Shown: positions 40,922 to 51,936 of the stretch, piece by piece
Position numbering within the stretch: position 1 is the first letter of the stretch
Layout: every line of letters begins with the position of its first letter
Assembly (NCBI GenBank): GCA_963845755.1
Contig: CAWJTV010000039.1
Span: 128,001-192,000 of the forward strand
Source: an uncultured Planctomycetota bacterium
GTDB lineage: Bacteria; Planctomycetota; Planctomycetia; Isosphaerales; Isosphaeraceae
Reading direction: 5' to 3'
DNA length: 64,000 nt
Made by a program: the position numbers and the translations under genes
The notes under the pieces: model-generated
The model's input: the letters and a program-made list of their open reading frames with translations, nothing else
Database searches by the model: none
What the model was told of the DNA's origin: nothing

Positions 40922-42607
40922 TCAACGGCGGGGATAATGGGGAGAGTAACCACTTTCCGGGGCGTGGAGGGCGAACCAGACCGATTCCCCAACCCCGCGC
41001 GCCTCGATGGAATAGATCCGTTCTCGGGTGCGGAAGAAGGCGTCGATGACGGCCCGATCCCACTGGCGATCCCGGCCGAGGGCCAGGTTCTGTTCAATCT
41101 GCTCGCGTGCCAGCGGGGCCCGGTAGGGACGGGCCGTGCTCATGGCATCATAGCTGTCCGCGACCGCCAGGATCCGCGCCAGCAGGGGGATCGATTCCCC
41201 TTTCAGGCCGTGGGGATATCCCGTGCCGTCATAGCGCTCGTGGTGAGAAAGGACCGAAGGCAACAGGTGGGAAATCCCGCCGAAACCCTCGAGGATCCGG
41301 CATCCGATCAGGACGTGCTGGGTGATCTGCAAGAATTCCTCGGACGTGAGCGACCCGCGCTTGCCGAGGACGGAATCGGCGACGCCGATCTTGCCGATGT
41401 CGTGGAGCAGGCCGGCGAGGTAGACGTCCCCCAACTCCGCCTCGGGCAGACCCAGCTCGCGAGCCAGCTCGACGGCGACCCGCGCCACGCGTTCGCTGTG
41501 GCCGCACGTGTACGGATCCTTGGCGTCGATGGCCGCGGTCAGGGAGCGGACCAGCCCCGCGAAGAGGTCCTGGACCTGGGATTGACGGCGCGCGCTGCGC
41601 GCGTGCAGTCCCAGCAGCGACGCGAAGGGCCTCAGGAGGGCCAGGTCGATGCGACGGAAGGGGACGATGGCCGGGCCATTGCTGCGAGGCGGATAAGGCG
41701 CGGTGGCGGGTCGTTCGGCTCCCGCGGCCGGCCCGTCCCGTTCCGGCGATCGATCCGAGGGGGCTTCTTCGTTCTTGTTCAGGGCGATCAGCCAGCCGCC
41801 GGCGTTCTTGTCAACGACGGACAGGGCCATCAGGCTGATGATCCCCGGGAACCGATCTCCCAGTCCGCTCAGCGGGGCCTCGTTGAGGATCAGGTATCCC
41901 GAGGGATCCCACTCGGGGTTTCGCGCGATCCATCGAGCCAGCTCGCGGCTATCCCGGGCGGAGGGACGGCGGGCTCCCTGGATGACGACCGTTTCGCTCT
42001 CCTGCGATGGCACCCAGATCAGAGTCTCCGCGCGAAGCAGGGCCGCGGCTCGCCGAAGGATGCGGTCCGGATCGGTGCTCGATATCCCGGGGCTTCCCAG
42101 GCTGGTCAGGAGGTCGGTCAGCTCCCGAGACCCCTCCAGGAGGGTCTTGAGCTGCTGAGCGTGGAGCGGGTCGCTCCGGTGCGGCATCATCGAGCCGCCC
42201 GTGAACGATAACCGGGAGTGGACCGCCTGGAGCCATTTCTGGATGCGTGCCTGCTCCAGACGAGCGGCCTGAGCGGTTCGGGCCAGGGCGGGGAGGTCGC
42301 CGATCGCAACCAGCGTCGTCCCATCGGCCTCCTGGATCGGCAGCACCAGCCGAAAGCACTCGACGCTCCTGAGGCTGACATGGGGTCGTCCCTCGGCGGC
42401 GATCGCCAGGATTTCCGGCGAGACGCCTGGCTGGGGCGCGGCCGGCGATCCGCTCGCATCCCCGTCGCCGAGTGGCTCTCCGGTCGAGCCATCGTAGAAC
42501 GAGAAGGGCGTGGAGAACTCTTCATGCAGGGCCAGGGATAGCGCCTTGACGCGATCGTCCGTGATCGTGCGGCGGTCCCGGACAACGGGGTTACGGAGCC
42601 CTAACAT
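40922..42607 (-). CDS. HD-GYP c-di-GMP phosphodiesterase with N-terminal sensor (GAF-like) region
   Basis: DAKDPYT.GHS.RV, LHDIGKIG, HHERYDGTGYP and AVADSYDAM motifs. Confidence 0.9.
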   Translation of the reverse strand: MLGLRNPVVRDRRTITDDRVKALSLALHEEFSTPFSFYDGSTGEPLGDGDASGSPAAPQPGVSPEILAIAAEGRPHVSLRSVECFRLVLPIQEADGTTLVAIGDLPALARTAQAARLEQARIQKWLQAVHSRLSFTGGSMMPHRSDPLHAQQLKTLLEGSRELTDLLTSLGSPGISSTDPDRILRRAAALLRAETLIWVPSQESETVVIQGARRPSARDSRELARWIARNPEWDPSGYLILNEAPLSGLGDRFPGIISLMALSVVDKNAGGWLIALNKNEEAPSDRSPERDGPAAGAERPATAPYPPRSNGPAIVPFRRIDLALLRPFASLLGLHARSARRQSQVQDLFAGLVRSLTAAIDAKDPYTCGHSERVARVAVELARELGLPEAELGDVYLAGLLHDIGKIGVADSVLGKRGSLTSEEFLQITQHVLIGCRILEGFGGISHLLPSVLSHHERYDGTGYPHGLKGESIPLLARILAVADSYDAMSTARPYRAPLAREQIEQNLALGRDRQWDRAVIDAFFRTRERIYSIEARGVGESVWFALHAPESGYSPHYPRR

Positions 42608-42638
42608 CTTGATTTCCCGAACAGATTGGTCGCCGGTG

Positions 42639-45600
42639 TCACGGCTGGGGTGGAGAAGGGGTTGAGGCTCCGGCCACATCCTCGGAGTCCGTCCCGAGCG
42701 ATTTCGCCTTTGCCATCCGTCGCGAAAACCGGGGATCCCGCCGGAGCACGGCCAGGTCGGGATCTTCATCGGCCCTCGGCCCGGAGCCGAGGGACCAGGC
42801 CCGTTCCAGGAGATCGAACGCCTGGTCGAGGGCACGAGGAGACGGGGCGGCTTCCGCCGCCCGGGCCGCGACGCACGCGGCCGCATAGAGCGTCTCGCCG
42901 GACCCGGGCTCGCGGTCCAGGCACCAGTTGATATCCCGGGTGGCACGGTCCCAATGGCCCTGTCGGGACAAGACCACCGCCCGATAGCGCCGGGCCTCGA
43001 TGAAACCCGGGTTCGCCGCCAGGGCCTGGTCGAAGGATCGACTGGCCGAGGCCAGTTCCCCGCGATTCATGGCCAGCATCGCGCGGCCATAGTGGGCCTG
43101 GGGCTGTTGAGGATCCTTGCGGAGCACTTCGTCGAAGGCGGCCTGCGCCCGCTCGGGCAGGCGAGCGGACACGGCGAAGCCGTAAGTCCAGTTGATGCGG
43201 ATGCGCCGGGTCGGATTCCGGCACCATCGCGAACGCCTGGCGGAACGCCGCGTCGGCCTCGGCGTGTCGCCCCACCCCCTCCAGGGCGAGGCCCCGGCCG
43301 GCGACGATCGCGGCGTCAGCCGGCCCGTCGAGGGCGAGGGCCCGGTCGAAATCGATCAGCGCCGGCCCATACTGCCGGAGCTCCACCCGGGCGAGGGCGC
43401 GATTCGCCAGGGCGGCCACGAACCCGGGGTCGCATTTCAGGGCAGCCGTGTAGTCGTTGATGGCGTCGCCCTTCATCCCCATGCGGTCCAGGACGGCGCC
43501 CCGATTGAAATGACCCCAGGGGTGCTCCGGCCACAGGCCAGTGCAGGTGCCGAAATCGCCGAGTGCCTGGGCATACTCGCCCAGTTCCAGGTGGCAGATC
43601 CCTCTCTGGAGGGCGGACCAGTAATGCCGCGGTTGGAGGTTCAGGGCCTCGTCCAGCTCAGCGATGGCCCTGCGGTATCCGTCGCCGCCTCCCCGCCGTG
43701 CGTAGGAGATCGCCAGGAGATAATGGTCCTGGGCGCTCGTGGCCGGGATCGTGTCGGCCCGGTCCCGGGCGGCCCTGGCTGGCTCGGTCTTGCCGAGCTG
43801 GCTCCAGTAACTGGCGCGGTCGACCCAGAGCGCCTTGGAGGGTTCCAGGCCGTGGATCGCCTCGGCCTCGTCGAGCAGTGCGAGCGAGCGGACCAGCGTT
43901 GGCCGATCGCCCGGGGCCAGGCGGACGCGGGCCCCCGCCAGGAGCAGGAGCAACTCGCGATGGTCCTCGGCGACCTGTCGGCGATCCTCCGGCGCCAGCC
44001 GCCCCCAGTCCGGATGCGCCTCGTCGAGCCGGCCGTCCGGGGACCGGTACAGGGCCAGCGTCTGCTCGCAGACGGCGATCCCCTGATGCAGGTGATTGCG
44101 ATGTCCCAGGATCGTGTTGACCAGGCATAAGGCGCGGATCGTGCCGGCGTCGTGGGCGCGCTTCCGTCCCTCGGCCTGGGCCTGCCCCAGTCGCGTGCTG
44201 GCCTCGGCCAGGTGCGATTGGGCGCCGATCAGCGCCACGCCGGCGACCAGGAGGGCCGCCAGCGCCGCCCCGAAGACGGAACCCGATGTCATCAGCCGCG
44301 GATGGCGACGGAAGAACTTTCGAATCCGATCCACCCGGCTCAATTCCGGGGCATATCTCAGCGGGCGGTCGTCCAGGAAGCGGCGCAGGTCGTCGGCCAG
44401 ATGGTCGCCCTGCTGATAGCGCCGCGCGGGATCGGGGTCGAGGCATTTACGGACGATGCTCTCCAGGCTCCAGGGGACATCCCGCCGGACCTGCCGCAAG
44501 GAGGGGGCTTTCTTGTTGCGCTCGACGGCCATCGTCTCGATCTGGGTGGTGAGGGCCGAATAGCTGGCACCCTGTTCGAACAGGCGCTCGCCGGTCACCA
44601 TCTCGGCCAGGACCAGGCCGAACGAGTACAGGTCCGACCGCCGATCGACGCTCCGGATCAGTTCCGAGGTGCGGTGCAGGAGGGCGGCGAGATGTTCGGG
44701 GGCCGCGTAGGCCACCGTCCCGCCGAGGATGGCGACGGTGTTGTCGGATGCCATCTCCTGGGCCACGTTGAAGTCCAGCAGGAATGGCTGCCCCTCGGCG
44801 CTGAGCAAGATGTTCGACGGCTTGATGTCCCGGTGGAGGATCCCCCGCTGATGGGCGTGATGGAGTCCCTCGGCCAGTTGGGCCGCGATCCACGCGACCG
44901 CCTTGTAGTAGCTTAGCCCGCGCAGGAAGGCCAGGAGGGCTTGCGCCTCCGGCGGCGGCTCCTGGGCGGACGGTCCGGACCGATCGACGCTCCCCGGCTG
45001 TTGGCTCACCGCCGTCGGCAACATCGGGGAGCCGATCGACTCGAGGGCCTCGACCAGTTGCGCGCCGTGGATCGGCGGCACCTGCCCATCCCAGAGCCGT
45101 TCCAGGACGCTGGAGAGGGTCGCGCCGCCGAAATAGGGCATGCAGACCGCCCGGAGGCCGGCTTCCTGATCCTCGTGGACCGAGAAGATCGGTACGATGT
45201 TGGTGTGCTGCAACCGGGCCAGGGTCTGGTGCTCGGTCCCTTCGGTGGCGGAGATCTTCAGGACCACGGGGCGACAGGCCAGGTCGCACTGCTCGGCGAG
45301 GTACACGCTGGCGAAGGCGCCGCGGCCCAGTTGATGGCGGAGGCGGAAGCCGAAGAGTTCCTCCCCCTCGGCGACGAGCCGCATCAGTCGTTCCTGGGTC
45401 CGTCTCCTCGCGCCCATCGTGCGGATGAGGTCCTGGTGCCGCACCAGGGTGCCCAGCATGCGGGCGTCCTCGGGTACGCGGTCCTGGCCGTCGTCCGGGC
45501 GAGGCGCCTGCCCCGGCTTCCGACGCAGGAAGACCTCCGCGACGAGCTGGCTGGCGACCCCCGTGTCGGTCGCGGGGTCGACCGGCCTGGGCTCGAGGTC

Positions 45601-45696
45601 ATGTTCTGGCGGAGGCGTGGCCTCCGCGGCGTCGGGCTCGGAGGACCGCATCCTCCAGGTCTGCGTGTGATCCGCCCGTGCCGATCGTTCGCTCAT
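42639..45696 (-). CDS. Hanks-type Ser/Thr kinase with TM helix and C-terminal TPR repeats (frameshift near 43200)
   Basis: LGRGAFASVY, VVLK, HRDIKPSN, LDFN and GTVAYAAPE motifs; TM helix; many TPRs. Confidence 0.9.
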
Positions 45697-48600
45697 GCCT
45701 CGACCCTCCTCATCGCCGCGGGCCGGTGCCGTCGCAGGATCATGCCCGGCCTGGCACAACTCCGCCTCTCCACGCGGCGTCCATCCCGGTGGACGAGCCC
45801 GCGACATCGCGCGTATACCGCCAGGGCGACACCGGTGAATGCGAGGATCAAGCCCCGGGTCCGCTCCCCATCGGACTCGCTCGGCGGCTCGGATTGGGCG
45901 TCGCTCGGCTTCGCGTCACTCGGGGGCGTGCTCGACTGCGCCTCGCCTCGGGGTTCAGGGATCGGGAACGGCTGTCCTTCGACCTCCCCGATCCCGGCGG
46001 CGAGCCGCCATCGAGAGCTCCCCGATCCCGGCGGCGAGCGCCATCGAGCGCTTCCCCAGGCGAGCCAACAGCACTCCACAATCCGGAACCGCGATCGTCG
46101 GGTACTTGACCGGCCCGGGTTCGCTGGGAGTCGCAGCGACCTCCTGGCCCGGTTCGAGCCAGCTCAACGAGGTGCTCACGACGATCAGTCCGGCCATCGC
46201 GGCAGACTGCGAGGCGGACGTGTTCGACAGGGCGAGTTGAGCCGTGGCCGTCGAGGCGAAGCTCGGGGCGACCACGCCGCCCATCGGGCTGGCGGCCAGG
46301 GCGACCACGTCCGTGGAGGTCACGCCGTAGGTAAGCGGGTCACCCTGGAGCTGGGGCGGGATCGCGATCGCGAGAACGGCCGAACTCGGCGCGATCGTCG
46401 AGGGATCGGTGCCGGTGGACGGGGGATCGACGGGGGACGGGCCCGTCACCGGCGGCGGAATCACCGGCGGCGGAATCACCGGCGGCGGCGGGGTCGGAGA
46501 CGTGGGAGGCGCGACGCTACTGAGCTGGATCGCGACCGCGGGTGCCGAGCCCGAGACCAAGGGCGGCGCGTTGTCGTTCTCCGAGCTGAAGGTCAGGCTG
46601 ACCTGGTAGGAGATGTTGGCCGCCTGCTGCTGGTTCCAACCGGATACCGTGAGTTGATAGGTCCCGGGGGCGAGATCGCCATACATCAGCGTCCCGCCGA
46701 ACGAGTTCATCACCACGCTCTGCCCCGAAGCATCGGTCAACGACAAAGCGGCCACCGCGGGCAGGTTATCGCCCGAAAGCGTGAACGTGTAATTCTCGCT
46801 CATGAGGACCTGGAACTGGTACGCGTCCTGCGTATCCAGAGGTGCCTGGCTGGGGTCCTGGCTGAAATCGCGCGTGATGGTGACCCCGGCCGCGAGCTCG
46901 TTCGGGAAGAGGACACCAAGGTCCTGGGGCTGGCCGTTGTCGTCGTTGAACGGCTGGGCGCTCCACTCCAGGGGGTTCCCGTCGGTCCCGCGCGGGGGCG
47001 CGTTGACGGTGAACGGGACCACGTAGTCGCCGCTCGGGTCGTTGCCGACGAGCGGATTCCCGCCCAGGTCGGTCAGCCCGGCGGCTCCGGAGAGGTGGAG
47101 CTGGTAATCGCCGTTGGGCAACGCGTCGAGCATGACGAACGTGGCCTGATTGGTCGCGGAGTCGTAGGACTCGAAGCGCGGGAGGTACTTGGTCCCGTCG
47201 GCCGCCTCGACGTAGATTCCCGAGATGTTGTCCTGGGAGGTCACCTGGTATGTCTCGTAGGCCAGTTGCGCGATGTTCATCGGCTCGTCGAACGTGACGG
47301 TCAGTTGCGACGGGGGCTGGGTGAGGGTCGCCCCGGGGCTCGGGGTGGTCGTGACGACATGGGGGGGATTGGGGGCCGGTTGGACAAGCAGATTCAGGAC
47401 GTAAGGGCCCGTGCTCGAACCGAGCGAACCGCTGTGCGAGACGGTGGGGTCGAACAGGCCGGGGGTCCCGGGAGGGAGGCCCTCCAGGGGCGAAGGTGTG
47501 TTCGAGCCGCTGGCGACGGCGACGTAATAATCGCCCGCCGTCAGGCTCGCGAACAGGGCGGAGTCGGTGTACAGCGGCGTCGAGAACCCGTCGGTCGTCG
47601 TCGCGGGATCGTAGGTATTGTTATCGCCCGCGACGAACTGGAGGCTGTTATCAACGGGATCGAGTTTGAACAGGCTGACTCCGGGATCCAGCGGCGAGCC
47701 GATGCGACCGGCGAAGACCTCCGCCACCATCGCGTAATTCCCGGTCCCGGTAATGGTGAAATGATACATGTCCACCTGGTTGCCGGGGTTGCTGGGATCG
47801 TAGGGCCAGTTGAAACTTGACGGATCGGGGAAATTGGCGGGGTTGTAGAACGGGTCGTCGCCGATCGTGCCGGCGACCTGCACCAGTCGGCCCGAGGTCA
47901 GGTTGCCCAGGTCCTGGGCGGTGGCCGCGGTGTCGTCGACCGGGGCGTCGGCGCCGGTGCGGCCCTCGATCCCGTCGACCTGGAACGGGATCGTGATGTC
48001 CTGGCCCTGGGGATGGGCGGCATCGGCCCCGAGGTCGTTCCCCGAGGGGTCGGCAAGTGCCGGCGAGCCGTTCGACGCTCTGGCCGGTGAGGAGCACCTC
48101 GTAATAGCCGGGGGCCAGGGGGCTGGCCGGGAAGAGTTGCAGCTCGTTGACGCCCTCGTAGTGCAGGATGACTCCGGAAGAATCGCCGCCCCACGGGGGC
48201 AAATCCTCGACCGCCGAGGGGAAGTTGACCGACCCCAGGGAGACCTGCTGACCGTCCTGGTCGAAGGCTCCATCAGGGCTGTAGACCAACTGCACCGTCT
48301 GGCCGTTGAGTACGGTCCAGGGATCGAGTGGACCGCTCATTTCGATCCGGATCGCCAGCGGCGATGCGCTCAGGATGGCGCCGGGTGCCGGATCGCTGGT
48401 CAACACCTGCGGGCCGGTGGCCGGCGCGAGCCCGGCATCGGAGACGAGGAGGCTGAGGACGAAATCGCCAGTGCTCCCCGGGAGGCCGCTGCCGGCCAGG
48501 AGTGGGTTGAAATGAAGGTTGCCGTCGCCGCTGACGGCCAGATAGTACGTCCCGATGCCCAGCAGTTCATTGAACGAGGCGACGCCGCCATCGGTCTTGC

Positions 48601-49033
48601 CATCGACCTGCGCCAGCAGGCGATGGCCGTCCGGGTCGTAGGGGTCCCCGAAATCGTAGGGGTCGTTGTTGAACAGGCTGATGACCCCGTTGAACGACGA
48701 GGACGGCTGCTGTCGCATGAGCTCGAAGTTGACGCGGGCGGGGCCATCGAGCGTGAAACTGTACCATTCCACGTCGACGGCGCCCTGGGGACCGTTGCCG
48801 ATGGAGCCGTACTCCTGAAGCCCCGTGCCGGTGCTGAGATGCCCCAGGTCGATGGCCTGGTCCAGGGTCTCGTTGGGCAGTTCGGCCGGTCCGATGAGGG
48901 GGCTTGTTCCGAGGGGCGCCGCCATCAGGCTCCTCGACTCGAGCCGCTCGAATCGCAGCCGCGCGGCGTTCCGGCGCGATGGCCACGGCCTCGATGAGAG
49001 TCGAAATCCTCGCAGACCGCCCGGTTTTGACAC
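45693..49033 (-). CDS. Large membrane-anchored surface protein with PPC-like and Ig-like domains (frameshifts near 48075 and 46040; start uncertain)
   Basis: ERLESRSLMA export motif; repeated D.D.Y.FT...G.YY.AV blocks; Pro-rich linker; C-terminal TM GLILAFTGVALAVYA plus basic tail. Confidence 0.75.
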
Positions 49034-49063
49034 TCCTCGCTCAACACCACCGCCGGTTGCCTC

Positions 49064-49186
49064 CTCGTTCCCACGCTCCGCGTGGGAATGCCGTCTGGGA
49101 CGCTCCGCGTCCTCTTCCCGGACGGAGACCAACGACGCGACGCGGAGCGTCGAACCCGGCATTCCCACGCTCCGCGTGGGAACGAG
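49064..49186. repeat. REP-like nested palindrome
   Basis: CTCGTTCCCACGCTCCGCGTGGGAATGCC ... GGCATTCCCACGCTCCGCGTGGGAACGAG. Confidence 0.8.
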
Positions 49187-49415
49187 AGTGGGCCGCCTTC
49201 TTCCCGTGGTGGTGTTCGGCGAGGAGTGTCCCGGTTTTCGCTCGATTGCAACCACCGGTGATGGCCTCATAATCGGCTGCCTTTAACTCGGATTCCTGGC
49301 GAGAAGACCGGGAGAATTCGGTGCGATCGGGGCATCGCGTTGGGGTCGGATCGGGATGTTAATCCGCGGCCTCGCGACCGGGGACCACCCCGAGCGGTCC
49401 CCGTCCGTCGCCGCT

Positions 49416-51512
49416 TTAGACCTGGATCGTGATCGGGTCGACCGCGATGCTGAAGACGCCGGCCTGGTTGACGGCCTCGAAGGAGAGCCGATGGCGACCC
49501 GGCGTGAGTGCGGGGCTGCTGAACGACCAATTCCCCGCGGAATTGACCGAGGCGATCCCGATGATCAGGCCGTCCTCGATCACCACCACCTGGGAGTTCG
49601 CCGTCGCGGTCCCGCTCAAGCTGGGCGTGGCGACGGTATTGAAGGACCCATCGGGGTTGGTGCTGAGGATGCTGGCGGCCGTGAGGCTCGCGCTCGAGAC
49701 GGTCGCGGCCGGCGCCGACCAGGGCGGCGGGAGCAGGCTCACGGAGTAAGTCGCCGAGGGGCCGCTCACGCTGCCGGCGACGTCGGTCGCCTGGGCCGTG
49801 ATGGCGTAGGTGCCGCCGATGCCGAGGCTGGCCAGGGGGGTAGAGAAGTTCCAATCCCCATCCGCATTGGTCGTGGTGCTGCCGATCGCCGTCGATCCCC
49901 AGTAGAACGTGACCTGACTATAGGGTTGTGCGGTGCCGAACGCGAACGGATTGGCCGAGGTGGTGGTGATCGTGGTGCCCGTCATCGTGCCGGGGCTGAT
50001 GCCCGTGACAATCGGCGCCGGCGTCGGCGCGGTGTCGATCATCACCGCATAGGGAAGCGAGAAGGGGCTGACATTGCCGTACGGGTCGGTCGCCGTGGCG
50101 GTGATGGCGTAGGTGCCGTCGGGGAGGGCCGTCCCCGTGTTGTTGAACGTCCAGGTGTTGCTGCTGTTGGCCGTCGTCGTGCCGATGGGGGACCCGTTGT
50201 CGTACACCGTGACGGTCTCGCCGCTGAGCGCGGTGCCCGAGATGGAGATCCGGTTGACGTCGGTGATGCCGTCGCTGTTGCTGAGGCCATTGTCGGGGCC
50301 GATGCCCGTGATGGCCGGCGTCGAGCCGGACAGGCCGAATCCGTACTGCGCCTGCCCGCCCCCCGCGTGCAGCGGGGTGCCGTTCGGATAGGCGATGATC
50401 GGCGAGGCCTCCGTGGGCGGGGTCGTGCCGTTGAAGCTCAGGCCCAGGGCATAATCGCCCGTGCTGAAGACGGACGTGTCGGCGCCCTGCACCTCGATGT
50501 AGTATCGCTGGCCGGCGACGGCATTGGGGAGGGTCACGTTGAGCGTCGTGCCGTACTGGCCGAGGCCATTGGCCGAGCCGACGATCGTCTGCATGTCGGA
50601 GGCGTAGACCGTTACCTTCGGCGACAGCAGGCTCAGGCCCTGGCTCTGCACCGAGACCTCCATCGGGCCGGACATCCCCGCCGGCGTGTCCACGCTGAAG
50701 AATTCCGGCTGGCCGAGGTTGGCGATGTCGAGGTTGTAGGCCAGGGCGGTGAGTGTGCTCGGGTTGATCAGGCTGTCCAGGTTGGCCGCCGTGAGGACAG
50801 TGGCGTTGAGGCCGGCGTAGGCGTCCGGAGCCCGCGCCCCGCCGTAGAGGCTATCGATGCCGACGATGTCGTCGGCCGCCAGGCCCTTCTTGATGCCGTT
50901 GTAGACCGGATACATGGCGTTGCTGGCGGAGGTGCTGCTCTCGCCCAGGCCCAGCGCGTGGCCGAACTCGTGCATCGCCACGGTGGCCAGGTCGTACGTC
51001 TGACCGATGTTCCAGGCCGCGCCGGTGTTGAACTCCATGTCGCCGGCGATCGAGAAGTTGTTGATCGACGGCGGCAGGTTGGTCCAGGCCAGGGTCGAGC
51101 TCTCGAAGTTATAGCCGCCGATGCGGATGTCGCCCATGCCGGGGTCGCCCTCCTGGTAGTTGCCGCCGCCCTCCGGCGCCCCGTCGTCCGGGACGACGAC
51201 GAGGTTGATGTTGGTCTGCTTGGCCCAGACCTGCGCGGCCTGGAGGATCTGATTCTCCCAGCGTCCGGCCAGATAGGGGTTCTTGTTGAAGGTCGAGAAC
51301 AGGTTGCTGGTCGTGCCGTTGCCAAGGCTGGTCCCATCCGGCATGAAGCTGATCGTGACGACCTGGGGGTTTATCCAGGCACCGCCGGTGGCCGAGTAGA
51401 GCACGACTCGGGACTCGAGCTGCTCGAGTCCAGGCCGGCTTCTCCGAGACTGAGGGCGCTGGGCCGAGCGAGCCGCCATCCGCTTTTCGAACCAACGTTG
51501 AAGCGATTTCAC
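49416..51512 (-). CDS. Secreted matrixin (M10-like) metalloprotease with Ig-like domains
   Basis: LEQLESRVVL export motif; GDIRIG; HEFGHALGL; Met-turn AMYP; C-terminal Ig-like repeats. Confidence 0.85.
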   Translation of the reverse strand: MKSLQRWFEKRMAARSAQRPQSRRSRPGLEQLESRVVLYSATGGAWINPQVVTISFMPDGTSLGNGTTSNLFSTFNKNPYLAGRWENQILQAAQVWAKQTNINLVVVPDDGAPEGGGNYQEGDPGMGDIRIGGYNFESSTLAWTNLPPSINNFSIAGDMEFNTGAAWNIGQTYDLATVAMHEFGHALGLGESSTSASNAMYPVYNGIKKGLAADDIVGIDSLYGGARAPDAYAGLNATVLTAANLDSLINPSTLTALAYNLDIANLGQPEFFSVDTPAGMSGPMEVSVQSQGLSLLSPKVTVYASDMQTIVGSANGLGQYGTTLNVTLPNAVAGQRYYIEVQGADTSVFSTGDYALGLSFNGTTPPTEASPIIAYPNGTPLHAGGGQAQYGFGLSGSTPAITGIGPDNGLSNSDGITDVNRISISGTALSGETVTVYDNGSPIGTTTANSSNTWTFNNTGTALPDGTYAITATATDPYGNVSPFSLPYAVMIDTAPTPAPIVTGISPGTMTGTTITTTSANPFAFGTAQPYSQVTFYWGSTAIGSTTTNADGDWNFSTPLASLGIGGTYAITAQATDVAGSVSGPSATYSVSLLPPPWSAPAATVSSASLTAASILSTNPDGSFNTVATPSLSGTATANSQVVVIEDGLIIGIASVNSAGNWSFSSPALTPGRHRLSFEAVNQAGVFSIAVDPITIQV

Positions 51513-51841
51513 GACATCCCCCGATGTGATGGTGGATTCGGGCTGAGGACTTGACCGAGCTCGCAAGCGGCGACCGGGAACCATTCCTTGGCCGGGCCGA
51601 TGACAGACATCGGCGGGCGGAGGACTGCCGTCCGGCCGAGTGCGAGGCGTCCCCGTGATGGAGAACGACCGGCGTGTGATCCCCGGACCGGACTACGTCC
51701 ACACACGCGACGATCGTGATTCAGGGAGGAGACGACGGGCTTCACCGGAACAGCCTTCTGGTCTCAGGTCACCGAGCCGAGGGGTGGACGACGAACCGTT
51801 CAACCGGATTCGTCCACGAAACGCCCTTGCTTGCTGCTCAG

Positions 51842-51936
51842 TCCTTCGGCAACCTGGCAAGCCGAGAGACGTTGAAAGGCTCTCGGCCCCATGGCTTTGC
51901 GTCCCCGCCTTACGACGGGTTTGCCCGTGCGAAAGA
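51842..51936 (-). promoter_or_regulatory. c-di-GMP-I (GEMM-I) riboswitch
   Basis: Minus strand reads GGGCAAACCCGTC-GTAA-GGCGGGGACGCAAAGCC...GCCAGGTTGCCGAAGG, with a GNRA loop and P1 CTTTCG/CGAAGG. Confidence 0.9.

Noticed and set aside
49034..49270. N-terminal extension of the surface protein
   Set aside because: It runs through a REP palindrome; the export motif indicates a start near 49033 or later.
44941..51554. Long plus-strand ORFs (959 aa, 732 aa) and similar antisense ORFs elsewhere
   Set aside because: These are shadow ORFs opposite well-supported genes in GC-rich DNA; they are Arg/Gly-rich and lack motifs.
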